This document shows, piece after piece, positions 13,362 through 26,300 of a DNA stretch of 64,000 nt; the first letter of the stretch is position 1, and every line of letters begins with the position of its first letter. The position numbers and the translations under genes are program-made. The notes beneath the pieces are model-generated. The model did not search any database. It saw only the letters and a program-made list of their open reading frames with translations, and was not told the origin of the DNA. The stretch comes from Mizuhopecten yessoensis. Lineage: Eukaryota. Location: contig NW_018403786.1 in the NCBI RefSeq assembly GCF_002113885.1, positions 792,776 to 856,775 on the forward strand, written 5' to 3'.

Positions 13362-15609
13362 GGTACAATGAACATGTTTCACATACAGTGATTACGACAA
13401 TATAATTACTTAACCTTATATAAGATATATAATTGTTTTCAAAATTACTGGTTATGGTAAACGGTTGGATAATAACCGTGTGTGCGATGTCGCAAGTTTT
13501 ATTGGACAGATCGGTAGCTGATGCTATCAATTTAATGTGTTTGTATATGTATCCTTAGTGAAAACTGTTCTTAAGATGATTGCTATCGCAAAACTTGTGT
13601 ATTAGGTAATACTAAATAAAGTGTGGAGGCGAGTACCCCTGAATAGAGACAATTTTTATTGTAATCAATTTATTCCAAATATATAACTGTATGCTTTGTA
13701 TCGTATTTAAGAAATCAAACACATGTATTGTCTTGGTATCTGTTAACAGCTTTACATAACGTCATTCACAAGACACACTGAATGAATATATAGGCATATG
13801 AGTAGGATAACTATTATTACAAGGTGATCCTACGACACTAGATAACACTATAAAAATGTTCCTCTCGTTGTTTTCTCTGTAACAGTTATATTATTATAAT
13901 TGTGAAGTGGAAGCATATGTCACATACTCGATACTTCAAACAGTACTTAATGAGTATTATTTTGTTCAATGCATTTGTCCTGTTTGTTATTAAATCTGTT
14001 TGTACTCTGAATATTGTGTCATTGTTTGATCTATGTTAGAAAATATGTAAGTATGTGAGATGGGTACCGGTTATTAAAACCATGTGATATGATCAATGTT
14101 TTATATGAATGTGATTAACTTTAGAAAATATTGTTTCTTCAAAGCCAAAGGCAATTTATATAAAAATATATTTTGAAATATAGGTTGTATACGTTTTTTT
14201 CTTCACTGTGTTAAAAAGTTGAAGAAATATTTCGCATGTGTTAACTTTGCAAATCAAAATTAAGATATAATTTGCATATAAATTACTATATAAGTGTCGT
14301 TGTTCTAATTAGGTTTAAATAGTTTGATTTGTCTGTGCTTTACGTTCAATTAACAGTTTTGGTCATCTAAGGGACGGGCTTTTACGGTGGATGGAAAAAA
14401 CACCCACCTTCGGCGGGTACCTAACAAGGTAGCCAACAATCACTCATTATGAAATCTTTATTACTGGAATTATAACTATTTATCAAAAAATGTTAATGTA
14501 TCAGACAAAGTAATGTTGACCTGAAAGAACAATAGACACTACTCGTCTCGGTCAACAGAGTTGGGTTTTTTAACTGGTACAAAATTATTATTTGGTTTTA
14601 GTTTGGACTGAATGCATAACGGCTTTGGAAACATTATGGACGACAAACCCTTTAATAGTTAGCTATAGAGGTACCGTTATCATGCAATCATAGAACGCTA
14701 ACCATTGGAATATATTTGTATGTACCTGACACATAGTCTTTTCATCTTCACAGTCCTGCCCTTATATAATTGAGCATCTCCTGCAAATTACCAACACGAC
14801 GGGTGTATTTCGCCTGGTTTTATTTTGTTATGAAACTATGATAGATTCATGATGACACCAAGCTAAGTGTGCTAAGCGAAAATGTTGAAATATGAACGAA
14901 ACATATTTTTGAATATTGACAACACAAAGGGGGTTATTTAAATTCAAATTGTTGTAAAATGCAAAAAAAAAAAAAAAAAAAAAAAAAAAAGNAAAAAAAA
15001 AAAAAAAAAAAACCAACGTGTGTACGGAAACATCTAATTTTTTAAACTGAAAGAGATTACGATGTATTACCTTGCAGTTATCTAAGAGTTGTGTCCCTTA
15101 CTTTCAAAACTATAAATGCTTGATTAACCTGCGAACAATATATTTGGAGTTTAAAAAGATATCAAACATGTGCATTGCTGGAAATATGTTATAACTTTTT
15201 AAAATTGCACTTCAGACAGGTTTTATATTTTGCTTGTATTCATTGATAGACTTCTCAAAAGTAGTACATGAATATAACAAATCTGTTAATTATGCACGCT
15301 AAAATGGTATTTCATAGATGTGTATATCTATATTGACCGTGTTAAACTGTGCAGGTGTCTAGTTTCGTGACTTGAATATGGATTAGCTTTGACAATAGTT
15401 CGTACCTGTACTAAACGTTCAGCATTGTGATTGTTTACCTGTGAGCTTGGCTATTTAGAGTCATATACGCTTCATTAAACATGCATTATTTCTCCAATAA
15501 TGAGTTCACGCTGTTCCGAACGACCCAGGGTGCTGGAACCTATCGTGTCGTGACCATTGGGTATACATACAATCTATTTCTGTCTTTTTCTTTATACTTT
15601 ATATGACCC

Positions 15610-15704
15610 TGGTAGGCGTGTACAGGTGGTTGTGTAAATACATGTGTAAACTGACAAATATGAGACGGAATAACCAGTGGTGAAGGAAAGTTGGTGAATC
15701 TAAG
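15610..15704 (+). promoter_or_regulatory. Putative promoter / non-coding first exon of gene B
   Basis: Aligns by eye with 21052-21180 (GGTAGGCGTG..ACAGGTG..TGTAAA.ACATGTGT.A.CTGAC..ATATG.GACGGA) and ends in TAAG|GTAAGAT. Confidence 0.6.
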
Positions 15705-16317
15705 GTAAGATTATATAACCGTTTCATGAAATTTATAGAATATTGTCTTCTATCCACCTTGCTGGTAACATACGGCTCTAATGAGTCTACATCAACTTAA
15801 CCAACAGTTCTTCAAACAACAGGACAAACATTTCAATAATATTAAACTATAAACAAACTAGAACAGTAATTCAAAGCTTCAATCTGTGGACATTGATTGG
15901 TTTCAGAACAGAAAGGGGGAAAACTCGAAGCAAAGTGAAATCAATATGCAATATACAACATCATACCGATATATAATTGTTGAGGTGAACAGATGTTTTA
16001 ATTTCATAAGCTGATGTCAATTTCACAATTTCAGTCTATGTGATATTAATTTATATAACAATAAGAACATCATCAAATCTTGATCTCCTGTCATTTCAGT
16101 ATCAAGTGTATTTCCTTAAAATAATCTGTGGTTAACCGGATTCTGTTCCATAGATGTTAGCATGAAGAATACTCATGGTCATATTTTGGTTTTACGTTTC
16201 TTTGTACATCTACAGTATTAGCATTAATGGACATCTTTTAAAGGCACTTCGTACGTTGTACGTAATGAATACCATTCGTGTACTTAAACTGCATCTCCAT
16301 TATTCCATTTCAGCACC

Positions 16318-18914
16318 ATGACAATGCTACACACGGCCTGTAACCTGATCGTAATGTGGGCGATATTTGATATCAATCAAGGTAATATCTCAATAACTTA
16401 AACGTTCATTTATTTGCTCAACCTGCATTCCTTAAATAGGCAGGCTTTATAGGATCAGTTGTAATTGTGTATTTGTTTCCATTTATGTACATGAAACATT
16501 GTCCTTATGATACCTATGATGTCATAGAGATCTGGATTTCCTTGATTTCACGGAGATTACGTTTACGATTGTCACATGTGTAACAGAAAACCTTTTCAGA
16601 TCACTTGGTTTTACTATGTTTGAGAGTTAAATCCTTTTCATTTGGTTTTATTCAAGTCAAATTTCTTCGTTCTTATAAATGCTTTTATAAGTGTAAAACT
16701 CTTTTAGTAGGGTTCAGATCTTGTCACAATACGTTGACATTGTTGTTGCTTTACACTTTACCTTCCCGCTATTTTAATCCGTATATTATTGATTTCAAAA
16801 CTGCAATAATATCTTTTGATATAATCAATCACTTGTGGTCAATTATGATAAGTTCTTTTTACACAACCAATTAAATTTTCTATGTGACGATTTGATGGCT
16901 AGTACGATATGTACACTGTCACCTTCATCAGACAAATGACCAATGAGGCGTATGTACACAAATGTGTCAAATGTGTACGAGTTGTCCACGAAATCGATGT
17001 TGATTTCGGCTACGCTGTAAGCGCATATACAAAAGTTGTTACATATGTACCGAAATGACTCGATTCAGCTACGCTTTGTTTAAATATTTGAAATATAAAT
17101 AAAGGTCAAATATTTTAAAAAAATAATCGATTTGACTAAGAACTAATATAGATTAATTCTAAAGACAATGAAGCCATGGAAACATCAAATTAAATAATTT
17201 CAAGCCATATTTTATGCATTTGCCTATCACAAAAAAAAAGGTTTTTAAACAAATATCGTGCAAATTGACTGCATCATTCATGGACTGCCTCGCTTACCAG
17301 TTACAGCAAAACAATCGCCGCCTCCACCTAAACCTACACAAGCTTCTCAAAACGAGCCGGATTCAAACTCGTCAAACTCCGCAGTGATAGGAGGGTCTGT
17401 GGGAGGGTGTATCGCGCTAATCATCATAGTCATCGTCGTAGTCTACTGTGTCTGGTCCAGACGAAGGTAGGTTATACATTGGCTGGTTTCATATATTATA
17501 AACTTGATTTCATATGTAGTTAATTGTTTTGTATCTATAGGATTGATTCTTTACTGCCTGGTATTGAAGCTTATATGATATTATTAATCATGAGGTATGC
17601 TAACTAAGTAGTTAGATTATGCTTCTAGTAAACTCGGTATGCATTATTATTCAATATCTTCGAAGTCATAATCATAATGTGTCCTTGTATTACAATAAAA
17701 TGTATTATGATATGGGTGAGAATCTAAGTATGTTTGGAAAGACAAAATCAACTACAGAATGCCAGTAGAGGGCAGTGTTAATTATTTTCCCAACGTTTTG
17801 TGTCTGTTAACGCTGTGGTACGGAACTGTTTTTCTCTTCAAGATTTTGCTTTGTTATTACTTATATGACAATACAATGTCAGCGTGTAAGACTATTAAAA
17901 TGTAATATTACTTATTTGTACAAATTTAGAAGCTGTCTATCACCAGCTTATACAATTTTTAGGATTGTATCCCATTAAAACTTAATTTGATCGTATGATT
18001 GTCTCCCTTTCAAAGAAAATTCAATCTCAAGTTTGAATTAACATTTTTATGAAAGGTGCAATACGCAAGTAGTAGATTCATGCTAAAACTGTACCAAAAC
18101 TCAAACATGTACATTGCGTATGTAATAAACTTAAGTTAGATAGATGTAAAAAAAAAAAAAGGAGAGAGAAAAAAACACTTGGTTTTTAAAGTAAATCCAC
18201 ATTAACATTGTATTACAGGAACCGAGGCCAATCAGACACCAAACCAAATGCCAGCATGGTCTTCAAAAATCATAGTAACAATGATGTAAAACAGGTTAGT
18301 AGCTTCAAGAAATTTGATCTTTAGATATTGTTCAGTAGCATAAAATCCAAAGATGATTTAGCAACTAAAATATTGTCCATTTGATCCTAAAGTTGTTTGG
18401 TCGCATTGCTTTGCATTCATTATTATTCGCTTCATAGATGCTTTGATGTATTCGCATGTAATGATATTATCGAACTGATATAATCAATAAAGTATTGTAG
18501 AAAAAATACTTATTTACCAGAAACAATTCTACCTAAACAGTGTAAATAATCACACCTTTTTACTTTCCCAACAAGCCCCGGGCATCAGAAGACAAGAGGG
18601 AACCTTATTCTGTTCTCTCCAACGCCAGCGAGAATGCAGCACAAAGAAATGTTTATGACGAGTTGGGTGGTGTCAGTAATGGGAACGGAACCCCAACTAC
18701 AAACGAGGAAGCAGAGTACTGCTATATCAGTGACAGTGATATAAAAGCGGCACAAAGACAGTCGGGGAATCCAATCCCATCAGTTAGAAATAACATGTCA
18801 CTAGGTGATCAAACTTACAGTGGTCAGACCGGAAATCAACACATCTCGACCTCTCCAGTTAACGGAGAACCTCATGAATATTTGGTACTGGAACCAGAAC
18901 ACACAAGCTTGTAG
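16318..18914 (+). CDS. Gene B: Ig-less paralog (signal peptide, short Pro/Ser stalk, TM, Tyr-motif tail), 214 aa. Coding exons 16318-16381, 17301-17466, 18219-18294, 18576-18914
   Basis: Each exon is homologous to an exon of gene C (MTMLHTACNLIVMWAIFDINQ vs MTMLQTVCRMIVMWAIFDIGH; NRGQSDTKPN vs NRGQPETKPN; EEAEYCYISDSDIKAAQRQS; LEPEHTSL*). Phases 1,2,0 are compatible; 645 nt with no internal stop. The last acceptor is a weaker AAG, and an in-frame alternative acceptor exists at 17306. Confidence 0.82.
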
Positions 18915-19684
18915 ATGGAATATTCTATCATCTAGTCGTGCTATTTTCAGTGACATGCTTTTAGAACAATAACACTAACATGGGAAAGGTTCTTTGAGTG
19001 ACCAAAGTTCTAACTGTTGATCGGAATAGAGTTTCTAGCATTAACATGAACTGAGGAGTACAATTTTATGTGATGTAAAGAGTTCTAGTGAAGAGAGTGT
19101 TCAATAGGATGGTCTTATGTTCTCGCCTTGATTGGCAATGACATATGAGAAGCAATAATAGGAAATCACAGAGCAAAGTTAGAATTAATTACCAGTTCAA
19201 TAAAACAAGTGCTTGAAATTATTGTTTTATCTTTATACCGTGTGTTCTGATACAATTACATTTTCGTCATTCGGATATATAACTTGATTCCTTGTGCTAC
19301 AAATCATTATCCACGTGATCATGAATTATTCTTCCAACCCATACCTCATCATTGACAAAGACGTAGGAAAAACGACTAGAAATGATGTTCTGTATTAGAC
19401 GATTAAACTTAATGGTATTGAGGTTTATGAGTTTGTCTTTGTATTTATTCATGTACATGTATTTTAAGTATATAAATAAGTGTTATGTTTACATGGAATA
19501 TATGCATCTTCTTAATAGTAAATCAATTCGAAATCTTTATTGTGGTCGTTTATATGAACCTATATGATGAAGTTTAATCGTATGTTAGCAGTGCAGCCTC
19601 AAGTAAGTTTCTTGTAGAATAGATATAAAGTTTTGGTTTTGTCTTTGTTAATCGTTGAGAAAACATCGTAAAACAAACAATGCA

Positions 19685-20240
19685 AATTTGTGACCAGTCT
19701 AAAAGAACATAAGAAAGACGTTGAAGCCATGAAACAGCAAGTCTACACTAGAAATACAAGGATGGCATCGGAGAAACAATACAATAAATCAGCCATTACA
19801 TACCATGCTAACACATACAACCACGTCATAGACTGGAACAACTCGAAAGTGCTTGAAAGGAAGGACAACTGGAAAGTCAGGAAAAATAATGGATCCATCT
19901 GGTTAAGGAGGAAGGGGGATTCGATGAAGAAAGAAGAAGGGGGCCACCAACTGAATCATGTTTATGACCCCATTTTACCATCCAATAAGAGGAAGAATGG
20001 GTAACGTGTTACCCGTCCCCCTGACTGCCTGCAGTATTAGAGTGCAATCGGGCGAAATGTCTTTATGATTTGTGACAGCTGGCTTTACTGATTCGGCATA
20101 CTGGCTTAGTGAGTTGTTTTCAGCGGTATAAAGTCGAGACACCGGTCATTTGCACTATTTGCTTGACAAAGGAAACAGACGTTTTCAAAAGCTCGCAACA
20201 TAATACTTCAATTCCTGTTTGTGTCCAAAACAAACTTAGC
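19685..20240 (+). mobile_element. Penelope-like retroelement 3' fragment (C-terminal part of GIY-YIG endonuclease region)
   Basis: LKEHKKD..KSAITYH...NHVIDWNNSKVLERKDNWKVRK..SIWLR..MKKEEGGHQLNHVYDPIL follows the typical PLE C-terminus pattern (EH..SA..H..H.IDW..IL..R..E.I.I..N.D.G..L..Y). The 3' boundary is approximate. Confidence 0.75.
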
Positions 20241-21051
20241 CTTTCATTTCGAGTCTCGGTCAAAACGTTTTAAAAGTGTAAAAATACAAAAGAAATTTTG
20301 ACCAAAATGTTTGAGAAATTAAGCATAAATAGCAATGTGACTGTATTGAATACACACTTAAAACTCTTGCTTCAAATATACCCTATGAATCAATTCAAAA
20401 GTACAGGTATCTTTAGGACTGTTCAATGTCGAACAACAATACGTTGTTACTATGTTAGAGTTATGTCCCTTCAACAAAACACCACTCTTACGAAATATTT
20501 AACAATGTTTAAATAGGACATATCATAGTATGTTTAAGCGTCCTTATTAAATTGTAATATTGTACAATATATTTACAATATAAAAAAAACTATTAATATT
20601 TTTTATGGAAATCGCATACCAATGTCTATGGTAATAAATACAGGTTTTCCATACTAGTATTTTAAGTTAATCCATTTTTTTAAATCAATTTAAACGACAA
20701 TGCTGTTATTTCAAAGAAAACTTGGCTCCAATCACCTGCTTTTATATCTTGTCATATAACTAAAATAATACAGAAAAGTAAGTATTACCTGACAGTACTC
20801 CATGAACCGTGACGTCAGCTTTTGTTATTGTTTTTTTTTACCTGTAAACTTGTTCATACTGAGTTTTCACGCTCCAGTTGCTTTGCACTATTTCGCTCAC
20901 AAAGGTTTTGCTCTGTGTTAGAGCTAAGTGCCCCAAGCCATTTAACTGTTCACGGGTGTTTTTACCTGTAATTTTCTCATTCGTGACGTTAGGGTTTGTA
21001 CGAACTGTATATATATGATTCTGTATGGGGCTAATAATGGAATCAACAGAA

Positions 21052-21180
21052 GGTAGGCGTGAACACAGGTGTGGTTTCTGAATGTAAACACATGTGTTAG
21101 CTGACCTATATGGGACGGATGTACCCGGTCGCGAGGACAGGTTTCGGAAATAATATTAGCATAGACCACACACCTTTAAG
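21052..21180 (+). promoter_or_regulatory. Putative promoter / non-coding first exon of gene C
   Basis: Homologous to 15610-15704; donor TAAG|GTAAGATG at 21181. Confidence 0.6.
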
Positions 21181-24100
21181 GTAAGATGTTTTATTTGTTT
21201 ATTTGTCATATAATGTGGATCATTGCTGTTGGTCGATGTTTGTTTAACGAATATGAATCTGATAGACGTGTTGTGATATACGTAAATGATGTGTCCTTGT
21301 GAATCCCTCTCCCGATCGGAGGGTTTGTAGTTCGGATTTTGATGTGTCTCAATGGTTATTATTCACCTGTCTAATGCAGCATGAAGCAATATGACTCACA
21401 AAAAGAGTTATTGACCTTAAATTATTACATATTTAAAGTTTTAAAGCAACTCAAAGCTATATATGTGGAAGAGTGGTTATCGGAAACTATGGACAATCAA
21501 CGATGGCAAAACGTGTTACCATGGAGTAAGGTTTATACCGCTAGTGTCTGGAGCAGTAAAGTAATTAACACTAGAACAGAGGTATTCATATCGTTTATCA
21601 ATATAACTGGATAGTATTTATACATATTTGAAATACCTTTTTAATATACAAAAGATATTATATTCTACATTATCACTGGAAATTTTTCACGTGACTGCTA
21701 CAAAGAGTATAAAAACACGAGGTTTAACGAGTGTCTTTTACAAATTGAAAATTAACTAACGAGCATTTGGGACTTTTTTTCTCCCAAAAGATTAAGAAAT
21801 TATGTATAGAAAATCATCTGTTTCCCTGAATACGTTATTCGTGTTTCCGATCTGGGAATCAATTGTTATGTACTATGATGTGACAATGGAAGCTGACGTC
21901 GTAAGGCATTGTTTCGTGACGTAACAATTAAAAGCTTTACCAATGAAATCACGCTCAGGGTGTTACTCACTATTTAGCAACTTAAACTGTTTACCAACTC
22001 CTAGTTGGTTTATTCATTGCGTTGGGAGTGAGGAAACCTATAGTGGTTGTGGGAGAAGTAAGTTTGGTTGATATGTATTTAATTTATTATTTCTGTAACT
22101 CTATTATGTAGATGTTTTGTTTCCTATGAATATATCCGTGTTTCTACTGTTGCCTAAATATTGAATTAGTTTATTATAGTAACATTAATATACGTTATAT
22201 TAACAAAGTGATTCATTGTTGTGTTGGGATGATTTTATTCTGTATATTATTACTCATATCCGACCCTTTTAATAACAAAAGACGTGACACATCTAAGTGA
22301 CACACCTATCTTCAGTGGCAATCCATATATTCTCTATTTAATTCTGAACAAAAGGTCACATTACGCGTGATACGATCTGTATGGTAACATTAGCGGTGTG
22401 TTTAAACATCCATGCCAGTTCTACGTCTTGTTTGAGTTAGACACTGTTAATAGGTGGAAGAGTTATTTTAGATTCTTTTTCAATTTTAAGGTCAGACTAC
22501 ACGTACAATGTATATGTACATAACAAGAGGTCAAATATAACAGGGTATACATTGATGAACATAGTATAAACATAATACGACATATAATACAATATTTAAT
22601 ATTACAACCTATTTCAATAATTCTTGTAGATAAAGTTATTTTAGATATTAAGAAGCTTCATTACCTTTTGTATAAATCTTCTTACTATTGTTAAAAGTAC
22701 AGTGTTACACATTGAGAACATTCCTTCATTTTGATATGAGTTGGGTTGACATAATAATAATTTGGTATATAGAGTTGTCTTAAAGCTACAACAGATACAT
22801 TAGTAAATTGGTATAAATATTGGTATTCGTCCCCAACACAGTCATTACCGAAACATTGTCTACCGTAGCTACCAAACATCACCTGTGTTTGTTGGTACCA
22901 TCCTTGATGATTTTGAATGACATCAACTCTACCTAACAAGCACATAATCTCATTACAACAACAATAATCTTATGGTTAACGACAAATTCAAATCTTATAA
23001 TAGTATTAACAAGTTATTTATGCTTTATACAGATTACACAAAATCAAACATGATGCAGTCATGTCTATCTGAGTTCTGATGATTATCTAATAAATAAGCA
23101 GGTCTGATTAATTAATATTATCTGATGAACATGTATTGACAAAATGTCTTTGATAATTCAATGCAGGATTTATCAAAATTATTAATAAGAGAAAAGTATT
23201 TGTAAGTAGCACTTTCATTTAAAGAACACGGTTAAAACAATATACCTTCTAATACATTTAAAGTTTTACAGTTTGTATATCCTTGTAATGTGTAAGGTAC
23301 ACATGGTTTCGGGGGATGCAGGTTAATGATTTGTTGTTTTTTTTAATTATTAACATAGCTTGGTTAAGGTAACATGTCTACATCAGATTCTACATAGCAT
23401 GCTCGGAGGAGGGTAAACTAAGCGATGACTCACTAATGGTAAACAAATTCTGAATGACTGTAAAAACTTGATAGTATCTCATCATGACCGAAACGAATGG
23501 TTCGAAAAGTCTGAAAACATGTCTGAAAACAAGTTTGTGAAGTGAAAGTATGGGACGGTGAAATAAAGGTCATGCGTTACAACTCGTTCCGCCTGATATG
23601 TTTTTCTCCCAAACACAAGTCACACTCGTGTGCATACGATGAGCCAACGGTATCTAAGTACCCTACTATATCTTTTTTACATGTTTCACAGTAATATGAA
23701 ATAACTTTTTGACGCAATTTATTACTCTCGTGTAATGATTTGGTGTCACATTGTCTACAGACGGGATTGATTTCTAATTTCAATCTCCATCTGTACATCT
23801 CAACGGTGATACCTTATGCAAATGTTAATATAACACAGAGTTTCTAATCAATCTAGATACAACCCATAGGAAATGTTAAGGCAGATTTCAAATGTCCAAA
23901 GAGCCTCTTAAGAATGTACTGTTAAGTAAAAAGTAACCTTCCTTTAAATATCGTCTGGAAGGAAGTTATAACACAGTGTGACCAAGGGTCTTCCGTTGAC
24001 CAGGTAACTCAATTAGGATAGTAGAACAACCCGATGTCACAGTACTAGAACTCTGGTCTAGCCCTACTGATCTTTTACCCTCCCAGAACACCCTTTTCAT

Positions 24101-25682
24101 CTGTATTATTCCTTATGAAAACCCTGAAATGCATGATTTTCTTTTCAGAAATGATTTATCAAATCCTAAGTCTTGCCAGAAAAAATATTCTAACAGTTAG
24201 TTACAGTTTTTGGTATTAGTAAGGTGATCCTTCAGTGATTTTAATTATACATGTACAACAATGTTAGCACAAATGTGAGATATGTTTCGTAGCCCGTATT
24301 ACCACAGGGTATTAAACATGTCTGCACCAAAACACACTCGAACATTTGATTTATTCTAAGTCTGCCCAAAAGACCGTATCCCACTTTTAACTGATCTGGC
24401 TTGGTGATAATAGAAGTTAAACGAACTAAAAGAAGTTAAAACTTGATATGCCCCCAGGAAAACTATATAATGTACTTTTAAATGCGTTTGTCGTATCATT
24501 CCTGCAATCGTTTTCAAATGTATTAGGATAGATGGGGGATGTATCCTAAGTAGCTACTACATACCTGTATTCAATGAATTATATCAATATGTGCTGACAA
24601 ACTACTCACATCATGTTTCTCCTCACTCACCATCATTGTTGTGTATATTCAAACATTATGTTCACTTATGTGTGTACTAACGGGCTAGTATTGACATATG
24701 TAACCTCAGTATACCTATTAAAATAATATTTACAGACAACTTTTAACATATGTGCATTTGTAAATGCATGTGTTTATATTATGTGTATCATGGTATGGCA
24801 TTTCCACCGTATAACTCTGCATCCATCAGTCATTACCCGATTGTTGACGTAAACAATATTATGACGTAATAATTGTAACATTGCATGGAGACCAAGAACT
24901 CTCTCTGATGACCGTATTTTGATAAATTGATAACATACATTTACATGTACGATACGTGCGCTAATTTGAACTAAATAAGTAAATTTTAAATATAATTATT
25001 TATCAACTTTTGGTTGGCACCCATGGTAAATAGGAATGGCAACTGAAAAAAGCAAGTTTAACATGAAGCACGGGTATTATTACTTTGTAGGAACTATATG
25101 AATGTAATATATAGAATATGTATTTTTCACGTTCAATACTACATATATTTCCCACGTTTGATAGATTATCATCTATATACTACTTTGTACTACCTACCGG
25201 TAGCATGATGAATTAATCATCATTGGTTGTCAGTATGAGAAGAAGTTGAGAACGACTTGAGAACGGGTTTTCCCATTTCCCAGCAATTGGGAACGTATTT
25301 TCTCAAAAAGGAATGTCTGCTCGCGCCAGATGACGTCCGAAACCGGAAATAGTGTCCACACAAAAGTGATCCGCGTAAGAAAATAGTCAGTCATAAACAT
25401 ATCAATACAAAGTTATGGAAAAAGATTGTTAGAATAACAACACCATTTCAGGTGTAAATGTGTATATGGAAAAGCCAATGACGAAAGGATTGTTTAAAAA
25501 ACATCTCCGTAGTTTTAAGGTTCATTGTATTCCTCCTCGCAAAACTTCTATTTGTTTACGTTTGTCACAGGCGATCGTTGACCATTGCACATAGAAGTGA
25601 TTTTGAAAACATGGTGTTTAGTTGAGCTTTTTAAATGGAGAAATGTATAAGGTATTGATTTAAAGATGATAAATAGTTTACC

Positions 25683-25832
25683 ATACAGTATTTTCAGTAT
25701 GTGTCGTTCGAACAATTTTCTCATCGCTCGCACGTAGATAAAATCTCGAGTCCACCTGCGGTAGCCTCTTGATTTTATCCACGTGCTCGCGATGAGAAAA
25801 TTGTTCTCACGACAAACCCTGAAAATACAGTG
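25683..25832. repeat. Long imperfect palindrome (MITE-like hairpin)
   Basis: GAACAATTTTCTCATCGC..GCACGT.GATAAAATC pairs with GATTTTATC.ACGTGC..GCGATGAGAAAATTGTTC; outer TATTTTCAG / CTGAAAATA. Confidence 0.75.
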
Positions 25833-25924
25833 TGATAATCTATAAATATTCAAATATGTTTCACTCTTGCTTTGTACTTGTGAAACATATCGTTTTCTGT
25901 CGTACTCATGAACTAAAAATAGTA

Positions 25925-26300
25925 CTCAGTGGGAAACCCTTAAACATCCTCTATTCCTTTACTAGGAACCCTTAAAAATCCTCTATTCCTTCAATGGGAA
26001 ACTCTTAAATATCATTTATTCTTTCACTGGGAAACCCTTAAATATCCCCCAATTCCTTCACTGGGAAATTCTTGATTATCATCTATTCCTTCACTGGGAA
26101 ACCCCTTAACTATTCTCCATTTCTTTACTGGGAAACCGCTTATAAATCCTCTATTCCTTCACTGGGAAACCCTTTAGTTTCCTCTATTCCTTCACTGGAA
26201 AACATTTACATTTATTCGTTCACATAGAATCCCTTGAATAGCCTCCATCCATTCCTAGAAAACCTTAGATATCCTCTATAACTTCACTTGGAAACCCATC
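25925..26300 (+). repeat. ~34-bp degenerate minisatellite
   Basis: TTCCTTCACTGGGAAACCCTTAAATATCCTCTA variants. Confidence 0.85.

Noticed and set aside
14963-15012. Long poly-A as a retrocopy tail
   Set aside because: Contains an N, and no TSD or recognisable body is visible upstream.
16318-18914. B exons as alternative 3' exons of A, or as a pseudogene
   Set aside because: B has its own signal exon and conserved upstream block, an intact frame and synonymous-biased differences. Read-through splicing from A's Ig4 exon into 17301 is phase-compatible, though, and cannot be excluded.
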